The notes beneath the pieces were generated by a model. It made no database searches. It was given only the letters and a program-made list of their open reading frames with translations, and was not told the origin of the DNA. Made by a program: the position numbers and the translations under genes. From assembly GCA_963778115.1 (NCBI GenBank), contig CAVZSV010000004.1, positions 224,001 to 288,000 on the forward strand: DNA of 64,000 nt, given 5' to 3'. The first letter of the stretch is position 1, and every line of letters starts with the position of its first letter. Below are positions 1 to 9,529 of this stretch, piece by piece. Source of the stretch: an uncultured delta proteobacterium (GTDB lineage: Bacteria > Bdellovibrionota > FAC87 > UBA2466).

Positions 1-1
1 A

Positions 2-553
2 CTGGCCCATTGCTTGTTCAAAGGCGAAAGAGGCCTCCTGATAGACTTTAGATAGCTCGTCACGAATCTGTTGTGAATTTTCGTTGAACATCAATCGAAG
101 CGATTTGAAATCGGCATAAGTTCCCATCAAATGGCTAGTCAATAACTGGTTTCGATTGAACAGATTCATGAAAATCTGTTTATAAAGACTGGTCGTCGAA
201 GCGGCGAGCTCTCCATCGGAAAAAATTTTATCTTTGAGCTGCTTAAAAATTGCGTTCTCCACGTGAAACACTAAGCGATCTTTTACGGGGATACTGTTAG
301 CAAGGTGATAGAAGTTACGATTATCGCCGGGCCTTGAGACGGTGCGATTTAGAAAGTTTCGCTTTAGGTGCTCCGCCCCCTGAAGCTGACTGTATAGTTC
401 AAGAAAAGCTTCATCGCAGCCGGAAAGGTGCTCGATGACCTGAACATGACCAGAGGGTTTCTTAGACTCAACGGCAACAGACTGCCCCGCGTTAGCCAAC
501 GCAAGGAGCAGAAATACCCACGCGAATGTTATCTTAAGTTCTACCACACGCAC
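2..553 (-). CDS. Secreted hypothetical protein, truncated by the window start (not in ORF track)
   Basis: Manual translation from GTG at 553 gives MRVVELKITFAWVFLLLALANAGQSVAVESKKPSGH..., open to the window edge, with a signal-peptide-like N-terminus. Confidence 0.7.
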   Translation of the reverse strand, partial: MRVVELKITFAWVFLLLALANAGQSVAVESKKPSGHVQVIEHLSGCDEAFLELYSQLQGAEHLKRNFLNRTVSRPGDNRNFYHLANSIPVKDRLVFHVENAIFKQLKDKIFSDGELAASTTSLYKQIFMNLFNRNQLLTSHLMGTYADFKSLRLMFNENSQQIRDELSKVYQEASFAFEQAMGQ

Positions 554-584
554 CTGTCCGCAAGCGGTCCCCGTCAGCCATAGG

Positions 585-599
585 GCAAAAGCTGGGCCA
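585..599 (-). promoter_or_regulatory. Candidate sigma54 -24/-12 promoter
   Basis: Minus strand TGGCCCAGCTTTTGC fits GG-N10-GC, about 30 nt upstream of the GTG at 553. Confidence 0.45.
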
Positions 600-810
600 C
601 GTCACTTTAGGCGCGTGACGAATTTCGGCAGGGTGAGAGAACCCTAGGCGGAAGTAATTTGTCGGAATACAGCGACTATTTAACGTAAAGATAGCAAGCG
701 GCGCAGAAGTTTTTAAGGGAAGTTAAGGAGATAAATTAGGCATGGCTAAGTTTTAATCGTAGGTGACCAGAACCGGCTATTGGTTTCTTCGACACGGCAA
801 AAGCACAGAC

Positions 811-1500
811 CTAACTGGCTTTAGCCAATTTTCCCACCCGCTTCGTCCTCGCCCATTCAATGAGGGGAGGCAAAATCGAAATGAAAATAATTCCGAAGAT
901 TACCAGATGAAAGTTTTTCTTAACGGTAGGAATATTACCGAAGAGGACTCCCGCCGTCAGAAAACCCATCACCCAGAGTACTGCCCCGATAATGTTATAG
1001 AGAGCGAATTTGGGATACCGCATCTTGCCAATGCCGGCGACAAAGGGGGCGAAGGTTCGGACAATGGGAATGAAACGCGCGATGATGATCGTTTTGCCGC
1101 CGTACTTATCGTAGAACTCCTGGGTTCGGGTCAGATGCTTTCGATTAAAGAGCCACGATGTCTCACTTCTAAAAACTCTGGGGCCGATGCGCCTTCCAAC
1201 GGAGTAATTGACCGCATCTCCCAAGATCGCAGCCACCGTAAGAAGGATGGCAAGCAGCGTAAAGGAGAGGACCGATTGATCTCCGACGGAAAGTGCCCCT
1301 AGGGCGAATAGCAAAGAGTCCCCGGGAAGAAATGGCGTAATTACCAATCCGGTTTCGCAGAACAAAATGACAAACAGAATGACGTAAATTAACGGACCAA
1401 AGAATTCAATCCATTGGTTGAGGTAAGCATCGAGATGGACGATGACGTGAAATCCGTTAGCTGCCCACTGAACAATCGAGTGAATCAAAGAGGAACCCAA
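811..1500 (-). CDS. dedA: DedA family membrane protein
   Basis: Motifs FCETGLVITPFLPGDSLLF, GDAVNY and ARFIPIVRTFAPFVAG. Confidence 0.92.
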   Translation of the reverse strand: MGSSLIHSIVQWAANGFHVIVHLDAYLNQWIEFFGPLIYVILFVILFCETGLVITPFLPGDSLLFALGALSVGDQSVLSFTLLAILLTVAAILGDAVNYSVGRRIGPRVFRSETSWLFNRKHLTRTQEFYDKYGGKTIIIARFIPIVRTFAPFVAGIGKMRYPKFALYNIIGAVLWVMGFLTAGVLFGNIPTVKKNFHLVIFGIIFISILPPLIEWARTKRVGKLAKAS

Positions 1501-1639
1501 TAAACCCAGCCTTTCGTTTTGGCCACCATCATAGGGGAACTTGTTTCAAGATACAACGGGTTTACCTCAGTTTCAGATTGACACCCCTACTGGTTAATAT
1601 CACGCTACCGCTTATTCTTATTTTAGGAGGTTTATAAAT

Positions 1640-2257
1640 ATGAAGCTATTCATAGGAATTAGGGGAATTGGGGGAATCGGGCTAATCGCATTATCCCTGA
1701 TGGCACCCGCGACGTTTGCCGACGATGCCGCGACCCCAAGCGGGGACAAAGCGGCAGCCACCGGTGATGCCGCGAAACCGGCTGACGGTGCGGCTTCCGA
1801 CACCACGAAAACCGATAACGGCAAATCAGCACAGACACCCAAGTCCGAAACCAAGAAGACTCCTAAAAAGAAAAAGACCCCCAAGAAAGCGGACGCCACA
1901 AGTACCAAACTTAAATTTAAAGACATCAAAGTGGGAAAAGGTGCCGAAGCCAAAGCGGGAATGCGGGTATCGGTTCACTACACGGGCTGGCTCACTAATG
2001 GCAAAAAGTTCGACTCCTCCGTGGATCGCGGTGAGCCTTTTACTTTCACCCTGGGAGCGCACGAAGTCATTCAAGGTTGGGATACCGGAATTGCCGGAAC
2101 CAAGGAAGATGGTCTTAAGATTCCCCCGATGAAAGTGGGCGGGAAACGAAAGCTTACGATTCCTCCCCAATTGGCCTACGGCGAACGGGGTGCCGGTGGA
2201 GTCATTCCCCCCAATTCAACTTTGGTATTCGATGTCGAATTGCTCGGAGTAAATTAA
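1640..2257 (+). CDS. FKBP-type peptidyl-prolyl cis-trans isomerase with signal peptide and Lys/Thr/Ala-rich linker
   Basis: [49 protein letters not shown] upstream. Confidence 0.93.
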   Translation: MKLFIGIRGIGGIGLIALSLMAPATFADDAATPSGDKAAATGDAAKPADGAASDTTKTDNGKSAQTPKSETKKTPKKKKTPKKADATSTKLKFKDIKVGKGAEAKAGMRVSVHYTGWLTNGKKFDSSVDRGEPFTFTLGAHEVIQGWDTGIAGTKEDGLKIPPMKVGGKRKLTIPPQLAYGERGAGGVIPPNSTLVFDVELLGVN

Positions 2258-2268
2258 TCGACCAAAGA

Positions 2269-2319
2269 GTACCCACTTGCTTTCCGTACGTTTGCAGCGT
2301 ACGGAAAGCAAGTGGGTAC
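2269..2319. terminator. Perfect 22-bp hairpin between convergent genes (bidirectional terminator or palindromic repeat)
   Basis: GTACCCACTTGCTTTCCGTACG-tttgcag-CGTACGGAAAGCAAGTGGGTAC. Confidence 0.6.
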
Positions 2320-2325
2320 CTTTCG

Positions 2326-4152
2326 TTAGCTTTTCAATTTTTCCTCTATAACCTTCGCCCAGGTAATGGCTTCCCCACAAGCCGACTCCAGACAAGGAAG
2401 CGCCCAATTATCCTGTTCCACAAAAAAGACTCGGTCCTTAAAGGGAGCCCTTACTTTGTCTAACGTTCCATTTAAATAGATTCCCTTTCGCGCTACCGGC
2501 AGCGCCCTGCCCCACCGTGCGATTCTAAAATCGACGACGTCCTTAGCCGATAGGCCCAAAAGAGGAAGAATGGATTGGTAAACCTGCCTTTCCGTTTCAA
2601 TGCGTATCCGCTCATAAGCGTCGGTTTGAAAAATCTCCTGACGTGCCCCTTCGTAAGGCAGTGGACGATATAACGTCAGCACGGAGTGTCCGTTATCAGA
2701 CTTGGCAAAGTTTGCTAGGACCACATCCGTAATTTTTTGTTTCTTCGACCATGCACGAATATCCGCGGCGGGCTGTGCATCGATAAGAGACATTTCGTAA
2801 AAGGACGGGGGGGCCGAATGGCTAATACATACATTGCCAACCAGAAAAGGCCGATAGGTGAGTTTCCCAATGGCAGCCCGTCTTGCAGGTTCAATGTCAT
2901 CTAGAATCTGGCCTACCACAACTTTAGGACAGGCCATCACAACCGCTTTGGCTTCGATGACATGGAAGTTTCCTCTGGCATCTTCGTAAAGTACCTTAAC
3001 CCTATCCTTGGTCACTTTGACATCGATTACCGTCGATGAAGCACGTAATGAGTTGGGGGGAAGATCTCGATTAAGCCTTCGCACCAATCGCGAAGTCACC
3101 GCCGCATTGCCTCCCACCAGAGTGTTCGACTCCGCCCACTCGGCGGCCAGAAAATTGAGACCTGCGGCTGCACTGGTCTCCCCCGCACTTGCGCCGAAAG
3201 AAGACCATGAATAATATTCGATCGCAGCATGAAGATCGTTAGGCAGCTCACCGCAGACCGATTCCAAATGTTCCAAGAGTGAAAACTTATCGAGCTCGTT
3301 AATCTGTGCCCTTACCTTAGGATCGTTCGTCGGCATATCGGGATAGGGTGTCACCTCATCGTCATCTGCGTCGTCGGGGGCTTTCGCGTCCGCGGTTTTC
3401 TCTGGAGTCTCCCGGTTCTCGTTGTCATCGTCATCGTCGTCACTGTCGTCTTTTTCATCCCCGTCGTCATCACTGCCCTTCCAGACGGCCTCCAGATAGT
3501 CATTTAGCTTATCGTAAACCTCCCGGCTCCCCGGCTCGGAATCGCCTTTCCAAAAATCTTTTACCAGATGATGTCTGACCGCATAGGGATCGCTGACCTG
3601 CGGAGTTTTCAACGATTGCGAAATCCTAAGATCTTCCATCAAAAGATCGTGCAAAGGAGTTCCGATTTCCGGCTCCGCAAAAGACGATGCGCCCAGAGAG
3701 TAATCGATTCCCTGCCACGACTGCCCTTTCGAATTTCCCCCAAACCTTGGCGCCTGCTCCAAAACCACCGGCTTATGATCGCGTAGCAAAAAAGCCGTGG
3801 TCAAACCGGAAAGGCCGCCCCCTATCACCACAACTTCGCGAAGCTCCTTTTCGTAGGGAATCTTTGCGGCATGGGCGGCAAGGTAATTCTGTTTGTCCCA
3901 AACGCCTGGGTGACTTTTGTCGGGAGTGTCCCCAAAGAATTTTCGCGGAGCGATGTTTGCTAAAGACCTATCGATGGGATCGTATTGCAAAGCTTCGGGG
4001 GGCAGAGGATCGTCGTCAAAACGACTATCCACAGAAGCGCATCCGGTCAGATACCAGGCGGTAACACCCATTGCGGTTTTTAAGAGTTGTCTTCGTGTAA
4101 GGCGAAAATCCGAAGGCTTAAACACACGCCCATCATAGTGAGGGTCGGGCAA
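2326..4152 (-). CDS. Tat-exported FAD-dependent oxidoreductase (amine oxidase-like), possible lipoprotein
   Basis: TRRQLLK twin-arginine motif followed by LTGC; VVVIGGGLSG Rossmann motif, LEQAPRFGG; acidic insertion. Confidence 0.8.
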   Translation of the reverse strand: MPDPHYDGRVFKPSDFRLTRRQLLKTAMGVTAWYLTGCASVDSRFDDDPLPPEALQYDPIDRSLANIAPRKFFGDTPDKSHPGVWDKQNYLAAHAAKIPYEKELREVVVIGGGLSGLTTAFLLRDHKPVVLEQAPRFGGNSKGQSWQGIDYSLGASSFAEPEIGTPLHDLLMEDLRISQSLKTPQVSDPYAVRHHLVKDFWKGDSEPGSREVYDKLNDYLEAVWKGSDDDGDEKDDSDDDDDDNENRETPEKTADAKAPDDADDDEVTPYPDMPTNDPKVRAQINELDKFSLLEHLESVCGELPNDLHAAIEYYSWSSFGASAGETSAAAGLNFLAAEWAESNTLVGGNAAVTSRLVRRLNRDLPPNSLRASSTVIDVKVTKDRVKVLYEDARGNFHVIEAKAVVMACPKVVVGQILDDIEPARRAAIGKLTYRPFLVGNVCISHSAPPSFYEMSLIDAQPAADIRAWSKKQKITDVVLANFAKSDNGHSVLTLYRPLPYEGARQEIFQTDAYERIRIETERQVYQSILPLLGLSAKDVVDFRIARWGRALPVARKGIYLNGTLDKVRAPFKDRVFFVEQDNWALPCLESACGEAITWAKVIEEKLKS

Positions 4153-4190
4153 GATTACGAACGCTTCGCGTCAACACTTTCATTGTCCCG

Positions 4191-4913
4191 TTACGATTTA
4201 ATCCCTAATCGCAGATAAAACAGAGGCCGCAAGATTCTCCACCAATCCGTCACCGGCCGCATCTTGGTATTTCCTATTTTCTTGGGAGGATAGATCTTGG
4301 TCACCGGAACCTCTTTGTGCGAGTACCCCAGCGTAATTGCTTTGTAATAGAGGTAAGGCTCTAGTTCGTAAGTATCTAGCCACGATTGATTCAAACGAAT
4401 ACGAGGGTCGGTTAAGAGGGAAACGCGGAAAGCCCTAAACCCGTTGGTTGATTCGGTACAACGACTTCCCGTTACCAGAGAAAAGAGAAAGGGGTGTAGT
4501 CGAGTAGCAAACCGTCGATAAAGCGGCATATCCCCACCGTACCCTCCGCCGGCCAAGAAGCGCGATCCTTGTACAAAAACGGCTTGATCGTCGGCAATGG
4601 GATCTAACAAACGGCTAATTTCACGAGGTTCGTCTTTGTTGTTGCCGGCAATCACCACGATGACGTCGACTGATCCTCTTACTTTTTCAAATCCTGCGCG
4701 CAAGGCGGCCCCCACTCCGATGGTTCGCCCCAGGCGAAGTACCTGAGCTCCCCGAGCTTGCGCCTTTTTGGCTGAATCATCGGTGGATCCGTCATCGACG
4801 ACAAGAATGATATCGGCTGTTCCAACATCAACGATTCGGCGCACCACCTCCTCAATCTTTTGTTCTTCATTAAAACAGGGGGCAATCACGGCAAATTTTA
4901 GATTCCGATACAT
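4191..4913 (-). CDS. Glycosyltransferase family 2 (polyprenol-phosphate glycosyltransferase, DPM1-like)
   Basis: VIAPCFNEE, VVDDGSTD, VQGSRF, GFRAF; ATG at 4913 lies just after the upstream gene's stop. Confidence 0.88.
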   Translation of the reverse strand: MYRNLKFAVIAPCFNEEQKIEEVVRRIVDVGTADIILVVDDGSTDDSAKKAQARGAQVLRLGRTIGVGAALRAGFEKVRGSVDVIVVIAGNNKDEPREISRLLDPIADDQAVFVQGSRFLAGGGYGGDMPLYRRFATRLHPFLFSLVTGSRCTESTNGFRAFRVSLLTDPRIRLNQSWLDTYELEPYLYYKAITLGYSHKEVPVTKIYPPKKIGNTKMRPVTDWWRILRPLFYLRLGIKS

Positions 4914-4915
4914 AA

Positions 4916-6493
4916 TTATCTTCCGAACAGCGGATACCAAAGTCCCGCGTATCTCCAGCTCCAGAACCGCTCCTTCACCGATAGGCTCGATCCCGCAGGC
5001 GGCTGATCCTGCCACGCCCAACCCTTTAAGTAGACGCCGTTAGCGTGGATGAGAAAACTTAGCACAAAAAGCGAATAACTCACTCGAGAAACCCAGCGCC
5101 ATGACCATACTCTGCTAAGCATCGGAACTAAAAGCAGTGCCAACAGCGGTAAGATTTCAGTTAAGAGCCTGGAGCCAAAACAGTAGCCTCCATGCCAAAC
5201 CGTCCAGAAGGAGAGCATGCCGATTTGGCTAAGGGCCGCCGCTGCAAAAAAACAGGGCCACCCTTTCACTGCCCGTCGCGCCCCTTCTTTTCGCAAAGCT
5301 TCTCGAGCCTTGGGAAAGCAGCCCAGGGCCAATAACAAAATCCAAGGCTGATACGGAATAAGGCCGTGAGAAGGACTAAAAAGAACTCCGGTAAGTAAGG
5401 GCCAAAAGTTAAGCGACCACAAAGAATCGGTCGCCCACTGAGCTTGGGGTCCAAAAAAACTTCCGTAGGTTACTCGATAGAAATAGCTCCAAGGGGAGGC
5501 AAAGACCAGAAGTAACGTTCCGGTGATCAGCGCTCGTCGGTAATCTCTAATGAGCAACCAAAGTCCGAAAAGTCCTATCAAAGGTAAAGAGGTGAGTCGG
5601 CAAGCAAACATCAGGGACAGAGCTAACGCCTGTCCCAGAACCACTCCCCCTAGCGGGAAGCGCTCTCGAAAAAATTCCAAGAAAAGAGCCGCTAAGAAAA
5701 ATACGGTAACGCCGTCTTGGGTCCACAGCCCTTGACCTACCGTCGAAAACACTGCCGATCCCAGAGCCACCAGTGCCGTCACCAAAAGTGCCACGTTAGC
5801 TTTGCCCAAGCAAAGGGCTAAGATAAAAAAGAGGCCCACAGTCACAGCCGCCATCCACGCTGCTGCCCACTTTTGTGTCCTTAGCGCTGATATCGCTCGC
5901 GCGTTTCCTCCCAGTACGCGTACGGCCAGCGTAAAGGGTAACGCAACCACGATCATCCCCATGGGATAGGAAGAATAAACTCCTCTGGGAGTACACCCCA
6001 GAAAGTAGGGGTACTGCGCATGAGAAGGACAGATCCCCTCGTGAGTCATAATCTGCCCTGGGAGCGGATTGAGAAACTCACTTAACTCGGCGTTCCCCTT
6101 TAGTGCCAGACTTCCCGCCGAAAGCATCACGGGAAGATTATCTTGCGCACTCTGGGTTCTTCCATTCAACAAAACCAGAAGTAGCGTCGGAAGCATCACC
6201 CAGTAAAACGCCGCGATCCAGGGAATCGTTCCCTTACCGTCGGAGAAAGCCTGACATTGTTTCCAATAGCGACGGTAACGGTCGGTAAGGCGTGCGCGAT
6301 AGGAAGACGAGCCTAGTAGCCTCAATAAAGGCAGCAGTAACCATACGGCGACAAATACGGCATGGCTTCCTCTTCCTTGAAAGGCCGCTCCCAGAAGAAC
6401 CAACGTGATTAGTACTTGCAGAAGATCGCAGAGCCGCAAAACCCAATTATACCGAAGTGCCATCCCTGCCACTATAGGAGGGGCAAAAAACAC
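4916..6493 (-). CDS. Polytopic membrane protein, likely GT-C fold glycosyltransferase
   Basis: Many hydrophobic segments; SSYPMG, LFSPSHGLIPYQP and WHGGYCFGSRLL motifs; coupled to the GT2 gene. Confidence 0.6.
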   Translation of the reverse strand: MFFAPPIVAGMALRYNWVLRLCDLLQVLITLVLLGAAFQGRGSHAVFVAVWLLLPLLRLLGSSSYRARLTDRYRRYWKQCQAFSDGKGTIPWIAAFYWVMLPTLLLVLLNGRTQSAQDNLPVMLSAGSLALKGNAELSEFLNPLPGQIMTHEGICPSHAQYPYFLGCTPRGVYSSYPMGMIVVALPFTLAVRVLGGNARAISALRTQKWAAAWMAAVTVGLFFILALCLGKANVALLVTALVALGSAVFSTVGQGLWTQDGVTVFFLAALFLEFFRERFPLGGVVLGQALALSLMFACRLTSLPLIGLFGLWLLIRDYRRALITGTLLLVFASPWSYFYRVTYGSFFGPQAQWATDSLWSLNFWPLLTGVLFSPSHGLIPYQPWILLLALGCFPKAREALRKEGARRAVKGWPCFFAAAALSQIGMLSFWTVWHGGYCFGSRLLTEILPLLALLLVPMLSRVWSWRWVSRVSYSLFVLSFLIHANGVYLKGWAWQDQPPAGSSLSVKERFWSWRYAGLWYPLFGR

Positions 6494-6564
6494 AGTAAAG
6501 GCATCACTTTAAACCGTCTGCTTTTCGGTGGACGAGATCCCCGAAAACGGGCTAAACCTAGTCC

Positions 6565-7707
6565 ATGTCTGGTCACAATCCGTCATGTCTTCGACTTGGG
6601 GTCATAGGGCTTGGTCAGTGGGGCCCCAATTTAGTGCGAAATTTTGCCTCAAACCCTCGAGTTGAATTGAAAGCGCTAGCCGACTTCGACGCCAAGCGAC
6701 TTGCGACGATTTGCGAAAACTATCCAGGAACCCTGCGTTTCGATTCAGCCGTTGGGTTATTACAGTCATGTGAAATTGATGCGGTGGTGATCTCAACTCC
6801 CACGGCGAGCCATTTCGGCCTGGTTCAAGAGGCGCTCACCAACGGGAAGCATGTATTTGTTGAAAAGCCACTTACGACTACGACTCGAGAGGCCAAGACG
6901 TTAGTGGCTTTAGCGGATTCTTTGGATAAGAAATTAATGTGTGGCCATGTCTTTCTCTTCAATCCCGCGATTCGCTATGTTAAGCAATTGATCGAAGAGA
7001 AAGCTCTTGGTGAGATCTTCTACCTGTATTTCACGCGAACTAATATGGGCCCCATTCGAGGCGACGTAAATGCGCTTTGGGATCTGGCCCCTCACGATAT
7101 TTCTATCCTTCTTTACCTGTTGGGTAGTCTTCCTGAGAGCACTAGTGCTCGCGGAGCCTCTTTTATTAATCCTCCCATTGAAGATGTGGTGTTCGCCAAC
7201 TTAAGATTCCCCCGAGGGATCTTTGCCAATCTTCATGTAAGCTGGCTTGATCCGAAAAAGGTAAGGCAGTTAGTCGTAGTGGGAAGTCAAAAGATGCTGG
7301 TCTTCGACGATATGAATCCTAGTGAGCCGGTAAAGGTTTTCGACAAAAATGTCGCAGGCTCCCTCTCCCAAGTCGCCATTGCGGACACTTTTCATCTGTT
7401 TCGTAAGAGTATTGTGGAAGGAACCTGCTCAATTCCCACCATCGAGCATGCCGAGCCCCTGCACGAAGAGTGCACGGCCTTTGTAAACTATGTCTTGGAC
7501 AACACGCCAAACCCCAGCACCTCGGCACTTTCGGTCAATGTAGTGACGGTCCTAGAGCAGATCTCCCAGTCGATGCAACAAGAAGGTAGCGCCTTTCATG
7601 AAATCACCGAAAGTGATCTTTCCTCAATCGCAGCTCCGCAAACACCTCTTCGTCGGAAGCCTTTAAGAGATTCAGATTCTGTCGAATCTCCGGACTCTGT
7701 GGTCTAA
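6565..7707 (+). CDS. Gfo/Idh/MocA family oxidoreductase (probably acting on a nucleotide sugar)
   Basis: GVIGLGQWG, HVFVEKP, WDLAPHD, SWLDPKKVR. Confidence 0.9.
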   Translation: MSGHNPSCLRLGVIGLGQWGPNLVRNFASNPRVELKALADFDAKRLATICENYPGTLRFDSAVGLLQSCEIDAVVISTPTASHFGLVQEALTNGKHVFVEKPLTTTTREAKTLVALADSLDKKLMCGHVFLFNPAIRYVKQLIEEKALGEIFYLYFTRTNMGPIRGDVNALWDLAPHDISILLYLLGSLPESTSARGASFINPPIEDVVFANLRFPRGIFANLHVSWLDPKKVRQLVVVGSQKMLVFDDMNPSEPVKVFDKNVAGSLSQVAIADTFHLFRKSIVEGTCSIPTIEHAEPLHEECTAFVNYVLDNTPNPSTSALSVNVVTVLEQISQSMQQEGSAFHEITESDLSSIAAPQTPLRRKPLRDSDSVESPDSVV

Positions 7708-8368
7708 GAAACGGATTGGTAAGTAATTCCTCTTGCATCGTTGAAGGCACCGTAGGTTTTCCCAAATTCGTGTCGTGTAACACGCGAACGACGCGCTCTC
7801 GTAAGAGTTCATTTCCAGGCTCGACGGAAAGGCAGAATTTCGTTTGAACGGCGGTATATTCGTGTCCGCAAAAAACTCGCGTCTGGGGAGGAAGACTCGC
7901 CAGCCGAGTAAGCGATCTCCACATTTGTGCTGGAGTTCCCTCAAAAAGTCTTCCACAGCCTAGAGTAAAAAGCGTATCCCCACAAAAAACCGCGTCGTCT
8001 TGGGAAAAATAAAAGGCGATATGGCCAGTGGTGTGGCCGGGAATTTCAAGGACTTTACTGGTAAGCTCTCCTACTTTCCAAGTCTGTCCTTCGGAAACGG
8101 TAATATCGATACCCGCAATGCGATGTTTGTCGTTAAAGGCTCCCACGACTTTTGCTCCGGTAGCGTTCTTAAGCTCCTCATTTCCTCCGGTATGATCCCA
8201 GTGGTGGTGAGTGTTTAGAATTTGGGTCAGCGTCCAACCCGTTTTTTGTAATGCTTCAAGGACAGGGTTTGCTTCTGACGGATCGACAACCGCCGTCGCC
8301 TTAGTCGCTTCATCGTGCAGCAGGTAGACGTAGTTGTCTTTTAAGGCGAGAAATTGGGAAATTTTCAT
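7604..8368 (-). CDS. gloB: Hydroxyacylglutathione hydrolase (glyoxalase II)
   Basis: THHHWDHTGG, PGHT, GDTLFTLGCGRLFEGT, CGHEYT, TNPFLR. Confidence 0.95.
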   Translation of the reverse strand: MKISQFLALKDNYVYLLHDEATKATAVVDPSEANPVLEALQKTGWTLTQILNTHHHWDHTGGNEELKNATGAKVVGAFNDKHRIAGIDITVSEGQTWKVGELTSKVLEIPGHTTGHIAFYFSQDDAVFCGDTLFTLGCGRLFEGTPAQMWRSLTRLASLPPQTRVFCGHEYTAVQTKFCLSVEPGNELLRERVVRVLHDTNLGKPTVPSTMQEELLTNPFLRPQSPEIRQNLNLLKASDEEVFAELRLRKDHFR

Positions 8369-8387
8369 GGGTCAGGTGTAGCTTGCC

Positions 8388-8427
8388 TAAACTTAAGTTT
8401 AAACTTAAATTTAAGTTTAAATTTAAG
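8388..8427. repeat. Intergenic hexamer-period TTAA array
   Basis: TAAACTTAAGTTTAAACTTAAATTTAAGTTTAAATTTAAG: TAA every 6 nt, seven times. Confidence 0.8.
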
Positions 8428-8447
8428 TAAAGGCACTCTACCCCCTT

Positions 8448-9494
8448 ATGAAGCCCTCATGGCCCCAGAAACTTAGCCAATGGTACAAACTCCAAGCCCG
8501 TCCTCTGCCATGGCGAAAAAATCACGACCCCTATCAAATCTGGATATCGGAGGTGATGCTGCAGCAGACTCAAGTCACTACCGTGCTTCCCTATTACGCT
8601 AAGTTTATGGCGAAATTTCCGACGGTCCAGTCGCTAGCCAACGCCAAAGAGAGCGAGGTGCTAACCTTGTGGTCGGGGTTGGGATACTACTCTCGGGCGA
8701 GAAATCTTCATCGTGGGGCTCAGTTTGTCGTGGAAAAATATAGAGGTAGCTTTCCTAATACCCGCGAAGCCATGCTAGAGATTGCTGGAGTGGGACCTTA
8801 CACAGCGGGAGCAGTTCTTAGTATCGCCTATGATCTTCCCGAGCCTCTCGTCGATGGAAACGTCCAGCGAGTGTTCGCACGTTTTTTCGGAATTCGAGAG
8901 TCTTTGCAAGCTCAGGCCACTCAAAAGCAGTTTTGGCTGAAAGCGTCCGAAGCAGTCAAGCAGGCGCAGTCTCCCCGGATCTTTAACCAAGCTCTGATGG
9001 AGCTAGGAGCAACGGTCTGCATCAAAGGGACTCCGCGCTGTGGCCAGTGCCCCATTCAAAACTCTTGCATCGCCTCAAAAAATAATTGGCAACAGGAGCT
9101 GCCCCTTAAGAAAGTGCAAAAAGAAAAAGTCCATCTTTGGTGGGCTCCTCTCGTGTTGGAAGCCAAAGGAAAGATCTATTTAAAGAAAAATCCCAAAGGA
9201 GAATGGTGGGCCGATCTATGGGATTTTCCCCGAGTGGCGGCTGACAAGCCCGAATTTCTGGAAAACGAAATTGAACGCATGGGAAAAAAGCTTTCTTACC
9301 GGAGCAAGCGGCATTTACGAAGCGGCAAACACAACGTTACCCACCACCACATTCATGTGACGCCTTACCATTTTACTCTGGATAAAATGCAGTTGGTCGC
9401 GGACGATGACGGCGAATGGTTTCTGGCCAAAGATGCCGAAGGGCTTGCTCTTTCCTCGCTCGCGAGAAAAGTATTAGCCCACTGGGCCGAGTGA
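8448..9494 (+). CDS. mutY: A/G-specific adenine glycosylase
   Basis: WISEVMLQQTQV, WSGLGYYSRARNL, HhH GVGPYTA, VDGNV, 4Fe-4S motif C-x6-C-x2-C-x5-C. Confidence 0.95.
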   Translation: MKPSWPQKLSQWYKLQARPLPWRKNHDPYQIWISEVMLQQTQVTTVLPYYAKFMAKFPTVQSLANAKESEVLTLWSGLGYYSRARNLHRGAQFVVEKYRGSFPNTREAMLEIAGVGPYTAGAVLSIAYDLPEPLVDGNVQRVFARFFGIRESLQAQATQKQFWLKASEAVKQAQSPRIFNQALMELGATVCIKGTPRCGQCPIQNSCIASKNNWQQELPLKKVQKEKVHLWWAPLVLEAKGKIYLKKNPKGEWWADLWDFPRVAADKPEFLENEIERMGKKLSYRSKRHLRSGKHNVTHHHIHVTPYHFTLDKMQLVADDDGEWFLAKDAEGLALSSLARKVLAHWAE

Positions 9495-9529
9495 ACCGGC
9501 GAGCGGACACCCCAAAAACCTGCTAACAT

